Positions 1-13,342 of a stretch of 64,000 nucleotides of DNA are shown piece by piece. Within the stretch, counting starts at the first letter, position 1, and each line of letters opens with the position of its first letter. The position numbers and the translations under genes were made by a program. Source of the DNA: Eledone cirrhosa. Lineage: Eukaryota. Location of the stretch: NCBI GenBank assembly GCA_964016885.1, contig OZ024743.1, positions 15,066,001 through 15,130,000 on the forward strand, written 5' to 3'. The notes beneath the pieces were generated by a model, which worked only from the letters and a program-made list of their open reading frames with translations, ran no database searches and was not told the origin of the DNA.

Positions 1-909
1 CTAACTACTTCTCAATTCTTATTATTACTCACCACAACATATCCACTCTTCCATCTTTCTTCATATCATTGGCCATAAACATTATTATTATCTTTTAAAT
101 ACATTATAGTATTACCTTTAATAATCCTTCGTAAACATAAACATTTTTGTGACGTTAGATGTTTCTTCCTTAAGTTCCTTATCTCTTCCTTTCATGCTCG
201 TTTGACTTTTACATATTACATATTACAATACATAAAAACAAACTTAAACCCTAACTAATTTCATTAAATATATTATATTAGAAAATATCTCGTAAACATA
301 TATAATTTGATGTTAGATATTTTTTCTTCCTTAAACAGTCTTTTCTTCTTTGCTTTCTGCGCTCATTTGTAAACAAACTATTTACAATATATTACGCACA
401 AACTTAAACACTAACTAATTCCTCTAAATTCATAACTCATCCACTCTTCTATTTCTTTTCCCATTATATCCTTAATAACATTAATATTTTTATTTAATAA
501 TACATATTAACAATTTCTTTTCCTCGCACATATTATTAAACCCTTCGATATACAAACCTTAATTAAATATTATTCTTAACCCCTTTTTCTCTTCATCAAC
601 TTTTAATTTCAAATTCTTTGAAATTATCTATTATCTTCCAACGGCTTTTTAACTTCTCTCTGTGAGACAATATATATTTTTCTCATGTGTAAAGGCTATC
701 TCTCTCTCTCTATCACCCATCTCTCCTCCTCTTTCATCATACTGCTCCCCACCATTCTCTACTCTCATCTCCTCCTCTTTCTTACCCTTTTCAACCCCCC
801 CCCCCTTACTTTTTCCCAATATCACACATCAATCTTAAATTATTTTTTATATGTTGATTTAAAACTTCACTATTCACAAGTGTTTTTTAAGCTTTATATC
901 AGCTATCCT

Positions 910-980
910 TATTTTATCTGCTGAAAACGCAGATATCATCTCATGATGATATTTGTTTTTGAAATGCGCATAATAAAATA
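910..980 (+). ncRNA. Type I hammerhead ribozyme motif (core variant CUGCUGA) near the 3' end of a PLE-like pLTR
   Basis: tattttat-CTGCTGA-aaacgcagatatcatc/tcat/gatgatatttgttttt-GAAA-tgcgca-TA-ataaaata: perfect 8-bp stem I, long stem II, palindromic stem III. About 37 nt further on the sequence runs into (TA)n at ~1018. Confidence 0.75.
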
Positions 981-1013
981 CTTGGAACTCTTTTAACCAT
1001 CTGTTTATCTTAT

Positions 1014-1448
<435 letters not shown>

Positions 1449-1856
1449 TAAATTACCACACACACAAATACAGAGATGGGAATAAATTACCACACACACA
1501 AATACAAACACACACACAGACATACCTACACATACCACCCACGATTAACTAAAAGAGAATATATGTATATTTAAAAGAAAGAAAATATGTTTGTGTACCC
1601 GGCTACTTACTGAACCATATTCACCCAATATGCACAGTGAAAATAACGTTTCACGTTCCTATATCTAGTATGATCATTATTATAATATTTGTCATTATGA
1701 TAGTGATAGTCATGTAATAGGTATAATAATTATTACTACTTTTGTTATTGATATTACTATTATTATTCAGATGTATCGGGAAAGAAAAAGAAAACAAGTT
1801 TACGCACACACACACACACACACAACCAAACACATACACATACACACACACCCGCG

Positions 1857-1891
<35 letters not shown>

Positions 1892-2227
1892 TTACATAAA
1901 CAAAAGCCCTGTACTTTGAGTTTAGGGAATTGCGACAAAGACAATTCCAATTTCCCTTGATTACTGAACACAGGGAAAACAGGAATTTGATATTCACTAA
2001 ACCATGACACTCCCGTTTTTGGACACGAAAGAACCACCAAATTCGGCGCCTAATCGCGTGATTACAAATTACAAATTATAACGTAATAGTAAGGATTACA
2101 ATTGTTGTACAGTACATATTGAGAGTCATACCCTGGCATCTAAATTTGTCCGAAATTCAGCAATATTTTCATTCTCAGGCGTTATGGATTTGACAATAAC
2201 GATACATTCTGTCATTATATACTTCTT

Positions 2228-2416
2228 GAGGTGGTGGATTGGCAGTGTCGGTAAAGGGTCGGACGCCATGCTTTGCAGCATAGAGTTAAGGGCCATTACT
2301 TCCTGAGTTCAAATCCCGCCAATGTTAACTTTGGCTTTCATCCTTACGGGGTCGATAAAGTAAAATACCTGTAATGTACTGGGATAATTGCTGGTGTTGT
2401 GCCAAAAGTAGAAACA
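2228..2416 (+). mobile_element. tRNA-derived SINE
   Basis: A-box-like tggcagtgtcggt and B-box gagttcaaatcc. 14-bp TSD attatatacttctt at 2214-2227 and 2417-2430. Homologous copies at 19.3, 35.4, 39.5 and 53.7 kb. Confidence 0.9.
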
Positions 2417-2595
2417 ATTATATACTTCTTATATGAAAAGTGATTTATTTTGATGAATTAATAACATTTAAGACAACCAAATATTATTAGTTTAGAGATG
2501 AACCTTTGCTGACAATCCATTTGAAGAAAGAGTTGGTATTGAAGCAAGGACACCAAAAATAACAGTAATATATACATGTACATTATATATGTGTG

Positions 2596-2628
<33 letters not shown>

Positions 2629-2631
<3 letters not shown>

Positions 2632-2976
2632 AGAAGGAAAACTCTGATATAACACCTGCAACCCTGATGGTATCCAATGATGTTGACTTGTTCTTCTTTT
2701 TGGTAAATATCATCTTGGTTAAGAGAGTGGGACTGGTTTTGTGCAGTGCCTTTGCTCACTATAAAAGCTTCACGGCACAGGCATTGCTTTATATCTGGAG
2801 ATCTCTCTACACTTGTCTTCACATGGTACCCTGGGCCCAGCACTATGTGTCAATAATTGTCACAAGTGTAGTGTTTGTACCAGAGCTTTCAAGTCACTGG
2901 CTGGACTAAAAAGTCACACTCGTTCAGCGCATCGGTAGGGCTTCTCCTACATGTCGAAAACGAGTTGGCAGCCACC
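2629..2976 (+). mobile_element. 3' part of an RTE-derived non-autonomous retroelement with C-terminal C2H2 zinc-finger remnant
   Basis: 2855-2938 translates as NCHKCSVCTRAFKSLAGLKSHTRSAHR*, like the C2H2 finger at the C-terminus of RTE-clade ORFs. A short 3'UTR follows and ends in TA repeats. Confidence 0.6.
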
Positions 2977-3317
2977 ATATATATAGTTATATATAGAAAC
3001 GGCTTCTACAGGACTAGAACTGTCTCATTCGGAAGAAATCATCAGGAAGCCCCGATGATTTCTCCCGAATGAAACACTTTTATTCCCGTAGACGCCTTTT
3101 CTATCTGCTTTGTATTGAGTACATTACTTGCTGTAGTTACCGCCTCTGGAACCCGGGATAAACTTATATATATATATATATACACACCCACACACACACA
3201 TATATGGTGCGCCTGGCCGACTGAACTCACTCGATATGCAAAATAGGCTGCTCAGCCGTTAATTTTCATAAGGAAAGTATATACGTTCGAACGTTCAACC
3301 ATCTGGCAGAAGGGTAT

Positions 3318-3360
3318 ACGGAGCTGACGATAGATAACAAGCTTGAAACTAGTACATCGT
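3318..3360 (+). ncRNA. Type I hammerhead ribozyme motif (unit 1, stems partly mutated)
   Basis: acggag-CTGACGA-tagat aaca agctt-GAAA-ctag-TA-catcgt. Confidence 0.7.
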
Positions 3361-3509
3361 TCCTGTGTCAGTGTTGAACAAAAAGGTGACGTAGTTGCCT
3401 TAACACCGTACGGCATAAATCAGGCTTTCCGTTTGTTTACAAACGAACAAAGCGGGCGTTATAATAAATGTCCGCTAAACTGATACGTACATATATATAT
3501 GTGTGCCTG

Positions 3510-3547
<38 letters not shown>

Positions 3548-3782
3548 TGCTACTGTACGTCTGTATACACATATGTATGTACGTATACATACATACTTAC
3601 ATTTAAGTAAGTGCCGTATTAAGAGTGAGAAATGAAATTTCGTTTCATTCTATTCCAACTTATCGTTTTCGGTGCGCCTGGCCGACTGATCTCACTCGAT
3701 ATGCAAATTAGGCTGCTCAGCCGTTAATTTTCATAAGGAAAGTATATACTTTCGAACGTTCAACCATCTGGCAGAAGGGTAT

Positions 3783-3825
3783 ACGGTGCTGACGATAGCT
3801 AACAAGCTTGAAACTAGTACATCGT
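3783..3825 (+). ncRNA. Type I hammerhead ribozyme motif (unit 2)
   Basis: acggtg-CTGACGA-tagct aaca agctt-GAAA-ctag-TA-catcgt: stem I 6 bp (one GU), stem II agct/agct, palindromic stem III. Confidence 0.85.
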
Positions 3826-3971
3826 TCCTGTGTCAGTGTTGAACAAAAAGGTGACGTGGTTGCCTTAACACCGTACGGCATAAATCAGGCTGTCCGTTTG
3901 TTTACAAACGAACAAAGCGGGCGTTATAAATACTGTCCGCTAAACTGTTACCTACATATATATATGTATGC

Positions 3972-4030
<59 letters not shown>

Positions 4031-4689
4031 TGCTACTGTACGTCTGTATACATATATGTATGTACGTATACATACATACTTACATTTAAGTAAGTGCCGT
4101 CTAAGAGTGAGAAATGAAATTTCGTTTCATTCTATTCCAACTTATATATATATATATACATATATATGTATGTGTGTATATATGTATATATGTGTGTGTG
4201 TATGAAATTATATATATATATATATATGTTATTGTTATTTATGGTTTTCTTTCGCCTATACAGAAACATATTCAAATGGATTATCTGCCTTTCTTCCTCA
4301 CTAAATCTATGTATGTGCGTAATTATCGAAACATTGTGATTGCTCCGCATGAGAAACGAAACCACACAAGTATCAGTATTTCATGTTTGAGGAAGCAAGT
4401 GATAGTCTACTCCCTGTAATAAAATTTAGAACTTGTGTACGCTACCCCAATAATCCATGCTCTGATTTGCGACGGTGTGCAATGGGTGATAGAAATCAAT
4501 GACATAGAAGAGCAAATTACACATCACATGTTTCTGCGATTGGAACGCCTTTTTGTAAATATCTGTAGCCGTTAAGCTAACGAACAGCAAAAATCAGAGC
4601 AGGATAGAAAAATATTAAAAGTACCACAGGTTCAATGAAGATTAACACTCTGCCATTTATATTCACCTAAACATATAATTGGATTTTAT

Positions 4690-4935
4690 TATTCCGTTTA
4701 TTGTTAAGTGTCAAGTGTTCCAGTTGTTTCGATCAACGAAAACTCTGCTTAGTTTTCCGCAGTGAATGTGACAAATCTGAACCTTAGAATTACAGGCACA
4801 ACTTATTTTTGCCAGCTGAATGGTCTGGAGCAAGATGAAATATATGTCTTGCTCAAGGAAAAAACGAGCAGCCTGGAATTATACATACGACTTTAAGAGC
4901 GTGAGATGAATATCCAAACAACTCGGTTGTACGCA
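4690..4935 (-). mobile_element. Degenerate SINE of a second family
   Basis: ggagcaagatgaaatatatgtcttgctcaaggaa is the reverse complement of the tccttgagcaagacac-type motif of tRNA-derived SINEs. Boundaries approximate. Confidence 0.45.
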
Positions 4936-5989
4936 TTTACAAATATATGAAACCACATATATAACCAGCAACAGAAATGCACGCTATCAGAGGTCCATTA
5001 AACTAAATAAGCTAATCTGATCTATGACAAATTTTGTTTTTAAGTCATAAGCTTTTCAAAAATCAGTATTCTCACCTAGCAGACCTATTAGGGTTGGCAT
5101 ATAATTCAAGGGGGAGTTGACCATACAACGTGGTGCATTTGTTTATATGATACCATTAGCGCCAATAACAACATGTTCTAACATTCTTAACATTAAATAG
5201 TTCATCAAAATGATAGTGATAATCATCTCAAATGAAAGAAATGATTTTCAAAAGAAATTTAAAGAGTACAAATGGCCTTTGTTTCTCCCTCATTTTACAC
5301 TTATGAAAACAAATCTATTCGTGCCTTCGGGAATCAAATAGTAATTTACAGATATTGTAAACAAACAATAGTATTTGTATGTATGAGATTACAAGCACGT
5401 TTATATAAATACACATTAATATAACTGAATTCATCTCATTTTTAAAAGACAGAATAATATATAAATACATACAAACATAAAAAAACTTTAGGCGAGTGCA
5501 CGCATATATGATAATACGCTGGGGCTTATAAGAAATGATAAAATGATAAAATGATAAAAGAATGATTCAATATCATTTTTTGAATATGCTTAAAAATTAT
5601 GTAAGAAATATTGATAGAAAGGCAAGCTAATACAAAGGAATGCGCGCTCACGTTTACACACATATTTAGATAATTCACAAAATGCGTTTCCTTCTAGCTA
5701 TGCCGGCAAGCTATTTAATATACCACGCTAAATTTAGCGGGACTCATGGTCAGTGTAATAACGCATTCGATAGTTAGCCAATTGATACGTTGTTCGATTC
5801 TGCATAGCGGCTGCTGGCCACTCCGATTTTCTAAGCTTCTATTCATAGCGATCGACAATTATGACAGTTAGTTTCCGAAAATTTGAGAAATCACGTTTGC
5901 ATGTGCGAATATGTGTGTGTACGTATGGCTTTGCTTCTACGAGTGTGTGTATCAGTGATCGTGGTAATTCTTGTTGACGTATGCGTAAT

Positions 5990-7190
5990 GCACCTGAAGA
6001 TGCATCTGAGTATTTCCATGTGGTTCAGCGATGGTGTATGTGTGCTGATGTGCACATGGATGGTACAAAACTGTGGTGTGCAGTGTATAGAGTAGAGGAT
6101 ACGGGGTGGTGTATTCAGACGAATTATACAAAGCGCATGGCGTGGAGCTGAAGGGGACCCTAAAAAGTATGTTGGGTCCGAAGTGGATGGTAATGTCGCT
6201 GTGGAAGCTGCATATATGTCATTGGAATCGGTAGAAGGAGTGGGCTCCAGGGAAGAAGTTAGGCATGGAAGGGTACTTTAGACAACACAGTTTGGAAGGT
6301 TGCGTACAGTTAAAACAGGGAAGATGTGGAAGATGGACCGATCTGACAGGAGGAGGCAGAAGAAACAGATGATTATCTCTAGAGGGTTGGTAGTTGTGGG
6401 CAAATGGTAGCCGGTCGGTGGTTGTTGTGGTGTAAGGACAGATGCGCGGTCGACTCCAATGGCACGTGTGGTGGAGGGTTGGATCAGGCAGAGTTGCATC
6501 CATGGTGAGTGAATGTCTGGCCTCATAATAGTGAGTTCGACAAGGGAAGGAGTGTTTTGGGTGTGGACTGGGTGAGAAGTGGTGAAGTCAAATTTGGGGT
6601 GAAAGTCGGTCGGCCAGAAGACGGTGAAGGTGATGGATGTGTGATGGGATTGTCGTTGAAAATGGAGATGTCCAAGATGTGGACGTACCTGGTGGAAATA
6701 GAAATGAAGTCATATGTGAGGTAGGAGCAGCAGAAAGAGAGGAAATAATTAAAATGTTACTAGGTGAGTGATGTGGACCCGATATACTGGTCATTACAAT
6801 GTCCGTAAAGCTGGAGGATAGCGAGGGTGTACTGGGTAAAGATTTCAGCATCAACATAACCAACGAATGTAGCTGAGGACAATACTTGTACACACATCCA
6901 AGTCCGTCCTCTCTTAGTAAATATTACTTGAAACGGAGGAAGAGTTGATGGTGAGGACCAGCTGGAGAAAGGTTTCAGGAAGTATTAGAGGGCCAGGTAA
7001 CCATTGGTTTGGAAGAAAGTGGTATAGAGTGACATATATTCTTGAATATATTCGAATGTTATACAAAATTTCTGAGTGTTTTGGTGTGGAAAGGGTTTAT
7101 CACTTGGTAAATCTTACTCGAAAAGGAGAAATGTTGAAGGTGTGGACCTTTCTGAATAAAAGTGTTTATCATTTATCAGAGTCACAGAAG
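5990..7190 (-). pseudogene. Highly decayed Penelope-like (Neptune-type) RT + GIY-YIG remnant
   Basis: Minus-strand frames give LQLVLTIN, FVGYVDAEIFTQY..LQLYGHCNDQYIGST (decayed RYIDD region), HILDISI, WPTDFH..DFTTSHPVHT (thumb KPTD.H...SHP) and ILYSIHC (GIY-like). Many stops and frameshifts. Confidence 0.6.
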
Positions 7191-7319
7191 AATGTCTGTA
7201 TTTGTTACTTTACCGGTTTATATATGAATGTATGTAACTTTATATGCACATTTATACAATAACGACTGATTTTTTTGTTTACAGACTTGCACACAAACAA
7301 ACGCACACACACACACGCG

Positions 7320-7437
<118 letters not shown>

Positions 7438-8425
7438 ACACGATGAAGTAGAAGTCAGTAGATTAAATGTTGCTTTACAGTTAATTACCATTTAGCAAAG
7501 TCGTCAGAATATAATTAAAATTCTTTTCACCCCCCTCAGTGACGAAATCGATGTGAAATATTATCGAGAAACAGATTAAATGCATATTTATCGGTGAGTG
7601 TCGGTAAGGACTATATTGCAGACTATCATTATTCCAGCTGTATAATGTATAGTCTGCGTGGAATAGCGTGTTGCATTCCCATCTAATATAACAATTGGAT
7701 TGAGAAACTCTAGTATGAGAGTCAAGTATGTTATCAAAGCGAACCGTCAATAAAGACCAAGTAGAATTGATTGAATATTGAACTAGGAAAAATATTAGTT
7801 GTGAAGAGGGACCAATAAACTTGATACAATAATATAGCAATTCCTAATATTAATTTTGTGAAACGAGAAATATTTAATTAAACAGTCTGCTAGTATTTAT
7901 ATGTTGTTTATTTCATGAACATCAAAAGCCGATAAAACCCAAATTTCACGCGCATAGTTTTGGTATTAAATCTATAAGGAAACATATTAATGATATCACA
8001 CTGATCATGTAACTTACCCCATTAAACGGACATTTTTTAATAAATAATCATCATGCACTCTAACAGTAAAATGTAAATTCATTAGGAAGTTTAAAATTAG
8101 AAAAGAAAGCCTGTAAGCATTTTCCTCATATCTTACATAGAACAAAATAACTGTGCCCAAATTTCTCCAAGTGGATAGCTATAGCTGCGTGCAAAATTTC
8201 ACATGACAAACAAAGCTTAAAACCCCGGAAAACTACACCTGTCCCTCAATATGGAAGGCGTTTACTCATTACCACGACACTTAAAATAACCATTTGTAGA
8301 TACATCCTGCAATTCTTAAATGTGAAGCTCATTTCTTCCGCCTCCAATGCTGTAACTGATTTGTTTGTACATACCTTAGTATTCCGATATCAAATTTGTT
8401 TAATCGTACTTTCGACAATTATTCA

Positions 8426-8562
8426 AACTTAATGTTTCAATAAGCAACGCCGCCATCACCACACTGCATGATTTGAATGAAACACCCTGTAAAACACACA
8501 GGGTGTTTGATTCAAATCATGCAGTGTGGTGAGTGCGGCGTTGCTTATTGAAACAATAAGTT
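8426..8562. repeat. Near-perfect palindrome (~65-bp arms, 7-nt loop)
   Basis: aacttaatgtttcaataagcaacgccgc...aacaccctgt [aaaacac] acagggtgtttgattcaaatcatgcagtgtggtga...gaaacaataagtt. Confidence 0.9.
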
Positions 8563-9227
8563 AGTAAATCACCTTGACAAAGGCATTATTTATCCACTTG
8601 GATCTCTTTACTCTGTAGCCTCAAGTGGCTTTCCTAGAGTCTGTTCCAGTGGAGTGCTATGCTTCCCAGTCACTCATAAGTCGTTTCCGGCCTTGATAAC
8701 ATTTGAGAAATTTCAACACCAGAAAATATTTTGACCATCCTTGGCATACGAAACTGTTATGAAAATTCTCCGCCTAACGATTTTCTGACTTTATAATTCG
8801 ACTCCCTTTATAGTTCTATCAAATCAGGTTATTATCGGCTGTTTTAATGGAATAGTTTCTCTCTTAAAAAAGGCGTGTACCTCTGTTCGGATTTGTTCCA
8901 TGCTGTGTTCATCTTGTAAATTACAGTCTTACATGTCCTTCTATCTAATCACGCCCACACCCTTCATTCATATCTAAACATCTTCACTGAAAGTTTTTTA
9001 TGTAACGTGGCAACGTGATGTAAAATCTGCACCTACTACATTAAACCTCTTGTGCAAAGATGTTTAGGTTTTTATTTATCGACAGCAGCAAATTATTCTA
9101 TATTTAATTTAACTTTATAAGTATGTATACAATTGTAATCATTTAGTGGTCGGTGTGATTCTCGAGTGCATGTGCCCATGGAGGCTGTCTAATAGGCTGG
9201 GCAATAGCAGCGGCCCTGAGAAAGAAG

Positions 9228-9391
9228 ACGACAACGACGACGACGACGACGAAGAAGAAGAAGAAGAAGAAGAAGAAGAAGAAGAAGAAGAAGAAGAAGA
9301 AGAAGAAGAAGAAGAAGAAGAAGAAGAAGAAGAAGAAGAAGAAGAAGAAGAAGAAGAAGAAGAAGAAGAAGAAGAAGAAGAAGAAGAAGAA
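9228..9391. repeat. (GAC)n(GAA)n microsatellite
   Basis: Direct read. Explains the poly-E/S/F/L ORFs. Confidence 0.95.
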
Positions 9392-10221
9392 TGACAACAA
9401 CAAAAACGGTAACAAAAGATGAATATGAACATGGAGTATGAGAGAGTGTCGAGTAAGAAATCATAATGGGGAAGCATTATAGAATGAATACGTTAAACAA
9501 AGAGAACTGCTCTTAAAGTTGTAAAGTAGTTTATTGTTGTTTAAGTGAAGAGGTTTCAGAATAGAATATAAAGATGAGGAGATGATAAGGAGAGAAAGAG
9601 GAAACAAAGACATGAACAGAGTGATAAAGCAACTGCGAAGCACAAACAAGTAAAACATATATATGAAAAAGAATGTAAAACTTAAAACAGGATAAGAAAG
9701 CAAGATCAATTCATTAAAAGGAGATGATACAAGAGCTGTGTTCCTAAATGAAGCGGCAAATTAGTACAGTTTCTTTTTATTGGCAATATACAATCATGTG
9801 CAAAGGAGAAAGTGAAGAGGGTAGGATGGAGTGGATATTGATAAATGGACTATAGAAACATATAGATAGAGAGAGAGAAGCTAGAGAGGGAGAGTAAAGA
9901 AAGGAAAGTGAGATGTGGGAAACATGTATGAAAGAGGGGGAGACTTATTTGCTGAGGAAAATCAGATGTAGAAGAGATAGAAGAAACAAAGACAGATATT
10001 TTGAAGGAGAAATAAAGCAATATTAGAGAGAGAAATAAATAGCAGAGGAGGTGGGGATGATCAAAATAGCGGGGCTGGTGTGTATAGAGTGAGAAATCGA
10101 TACATTGATTAGGGCTGGAGATAAATCTCAAAACACTACAGAAACCACACAACAATCGGCCGCAATATATATATTCATAAACATACCGTGTATTGCCAGT
10201 TATAAAGAATACACAATATTA

Positions 10222-10392
<171 letters not shown>

Positions 10393-10607
10393 ATGTGTGT
10401 GTGTGTGTGTGTATGTGTGTGTGTGTATGCGTGTGTGCGTGTGTGCGTGTGTGCGTGTGTGCGTGTGTGCGTGTGTTTGTGTGTGTGTGAGGATTTGTAT
10501 ATGTATAACGAGAGAGAATAATAACTGATATTAATTATTATAAGCGCGGCAGTAAACAATGATAATAATGATAATAATGATGATAGCAACAGCTGCAGTA
10601 ACAACAA

Positions 10608-10623
10608 CAGTAGTAGCAGTAGC

Positions 10624-10654
<31 letters not shown>

Positions 10655-10662
10655 ATGGTGGC

Positions 10663-10729
<67 letters not shown>

Positions 10730-10737
10730 ATGGTAGC

Positions 10738-10796
<59 letters not shown>

Positions 10797-10818
10797 AAGC
10801 AGTAGTATTAGTAGTAGT
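10608..10818. repeat. (GTA)n microsatellite
   Basis: Direct read. Explains the poly-T/V ORFs. Confidence 0.95.
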
Positions 10819-10974
10819 ATAGATCATGGCGGTGAGGATAATAGAGGTGGTGATGATGGTAAAGATGGTCATGATGCTATGGGGGTGAAATTGAAATAAA
10901 CAAATTGCAGAGATAGAATATAAAAATGAAGCCGTATTCAATTCTGTAGCCTGAAACCGATATATCCTAAATAA

Positions 10975-11037
<63 letters not shown>

Positions 11038-11221
11038 TATATATTGATATATATATATATATATAAGTATATATTTTGAGTATATGTTGGTTGTATAACA
11101 ACACCTCAGTATGCAGATTGGAGCACTCGGCGATGTGCGCAGGTTGGTTTGGTTACTCCGGACTAATGTAAAATAAAATAAAAAAATAAGTAAAATGTTT
11201 AAAATTTGGCTTCGTTTATTA

Positions 11222-11274
11222 CTGCTATATATATTTCGGTGACAGCCATCTTTGGCTGTGACCTCTTCAGGCAA
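11222..11274 (-). ncRNA. Type I hammerhead ribozyme motif
   Basis: Minus strand: ttgc-CTGAAGA-ggtcacagcc aaagat ggctgtcacc-GAAA-tatata-TA-gcag. Confidence 0.85.
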
Positions 11275-11295
11275 TCCGAATTAGTGTGGTAGAGA

Positions 11296-11348
11296 CTGCC
11301 TGAAGAGGTCACAGCCAAAGATGGCTGTCACCGAAATATATATAGCAG
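11296..11348 (+). ncRNA. Type I hammerhead ribozyme motif
   Basis: ctgc-CTGAAGA-ggtcacagcc aaagat ggctgtcacc-GAAA-tatata-TA-gcag. Confidence 0.85.
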
Positions 11349-11408
11349 CAATTAAACAAAGCCAAATTTTAAACATTTGATTTATTTATTTTATTTTATT
11401 TTATTTTA

Positions 11409-11477
<69 letters not shown>

Positions 11478-11484
<7 letters not shown>

Positions 11485-13230
11485 GTCGAATATATAGGTC
11501 GAATAAAAAAATATATATATACCAACATAGTATTAACCGAAAGTAGTTTACAAAACTACAAATGTTATATTGGTCAAATCTCAATTTGCCGATGTTATTG
11601 GAGAAATTGGGTCAACCACAACCCTATACACACGCAAGTAAATTCAGTTCAATTTTCTGCTATACGTGTATCGATTGAATTGTAAATAGTGTATGTTTTG
11701 GAATATACACATCCGTGTCGTCTAAAAAAGTGTGTGTTTTGGTATATACACATCCAAGTGAAGGGCAAGTAGTCAATTCATATCGACCTCAGTATGTGCC
11801 GTTGAGAATCTGATTCCCCAAATCTGTGCGTGCAAGAAACCGCCATGTAGGCCATCAAGGGGCTCTCTGTGGGGTTGGGTATTTGAGTTAAGGTGTCAGT
11901 ATGTGCGTTTTCCCGTCATATGGGCCCTTGGGCTTTTAAGATAGGTGTTTGTGTGGCGGAGGTGTGTTACCCAACACAGAAATAAAATAAAATAAAATAA
12001 AAAAGAATAGGAAAATCCCGAGGATGTGTGTAATCCCATTAATGGTGTGTAAGTAATATTGTCCAATCAGTAACCGTGAGCACTCCATGGTTAGATGATC
12101 ACGGATCAAAACCTAGTGTAGTATTCAATTGATAGAATCGTGACACGTCATAACTATGGGAACTCCGTGTCTAAAGAAACCAGGTACTATATGTAGAGTA
12201 AAGAGCGTAATTGGTCTTAACTGAGTGTGTAATACGTCTAACTATTTACTAACCGAGAGAACTCAATGGTTAGGGTATTCTAAAGTAATGGTGAATGCGC
12301 GTAATCGGTCTTACCTGAGTGTGTAATCATTCTAACTATTTACTAACTAGGTATTTTAAAGTTGTGGTAAATGTGCATTCAGCTGTGAGAACTCTGTGGA
12401 AACAAACCGCCGAGTACCGTTTGTACGCGAACGATCTTAGCTCTCTACTACCTGAGTGTGTGATTGTCTATTTTTTGCTAATTGAGAAAACTCTATGGCT
12501 AAGTTAAAAAGCAGAAGTTAGTTGTAGGTTAGTTTCCAAAAATCCTGCGGAAGGTTTTCGAGATTCTATATTGGCAGTTGCTGAAAATATCCGCTCTTCT
12601 ATTGATTAATAGGTGGCCGCCTCTAATAATATTAAAGCTTTCAGCTATACATAAATTACAGACGCCCGTGCCGCCGTTATAAGGCTGGGCTGAGCAAATT
12701 ATGGACCAAGATAAGGAGTGCTCTATATTCTGTTGTTTAAGCTTCCAGACTAATTCAGAAAGCGCCGTGCTATTTTTTTTATCTAATCTATTAAAGGTAT
12801 GGCGGTGATTATACCATCTATCCTTAAATTCAGTGGCAGTTGCCTCAACATACCTGAAGTTTCTATCTGAAGTTGAGACCTTACAGTCGTAGCCTATGTT
12901 TTTGGTGAGGCATTTCCCAGCCATGGAGCAAGTGGCGGTGTTCCTGCAATTACATTTTCTGTTATCGACCTGAGTAGTTCCAGAGGAACCACGGTACCTT
13001 TGATGTCTGGTGTCAGTTCTTGTCTGCTCTATGGGTAAGTTCCCAGGTGTGGAGGTGACCCGATTCGCGTATGAGTCCGTTCATCCATAGAGCTGCCATT
13101 AGTTCTGCCATGTCTCATCCCGCCTTGGGCTGTGCTAAGTCTACTATAATTCATCTTAGCTATATTCTGAGCTATGTTACTGGTTGTGGAGTAGGACAGC
13201 TTGATGGTATTCCTATTGAATATTTTATAG
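11478..13230 (-). mobile_element. 5'-truncated Hydra-like Penelope element (GIY-YIG C-terminal part + 3'UTR) between (TA)n tracts
   Basis: [20 protein letters not shown]...GKCL, IGYDC...YVEAT...FKDRWYNH, STALS, CNLCIAE..LINRRAD...CQYR (ORFs 13029-13391 and 12529-12924). Confidence 0.8.
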
Positions 13231-13247
13231 TATCTCTCTCTCTCTTT

Positions 13248-13342
<95 letters not shown>

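Larger units (their letters stand above)
3206..4144 (+). mobile_element. Tandem dimer of a ~465-bp ORF-less HHR-containing unit (retrozyme-like / non-autonomous PLE pLTR array)
   Basis: Unit 1 starts at 3206 and unit 2 at 3671 (ggtgcgcctggccgact), highly similar. Each has one HHR and an internal (TA)n. Flanked by TA/CA microsatellite. Confidence 0.85.
11168..11405. mobile_element. Fold-back (tail-to-tail inverted) mini-element with two divergent hammerheads
   Basis: Arms ~11168-11273 and ~11297-11405 are reverse complements with a ~23-nt spacer. Lies between (TA)n tracts. Confidence 0.8.

Noticed and set aside
2228-2320. tRNA gene
   Set aside because: A and B boxes are present, but there is no cloverleaf. 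It is the head of a multi-copy SINE with TSDs.
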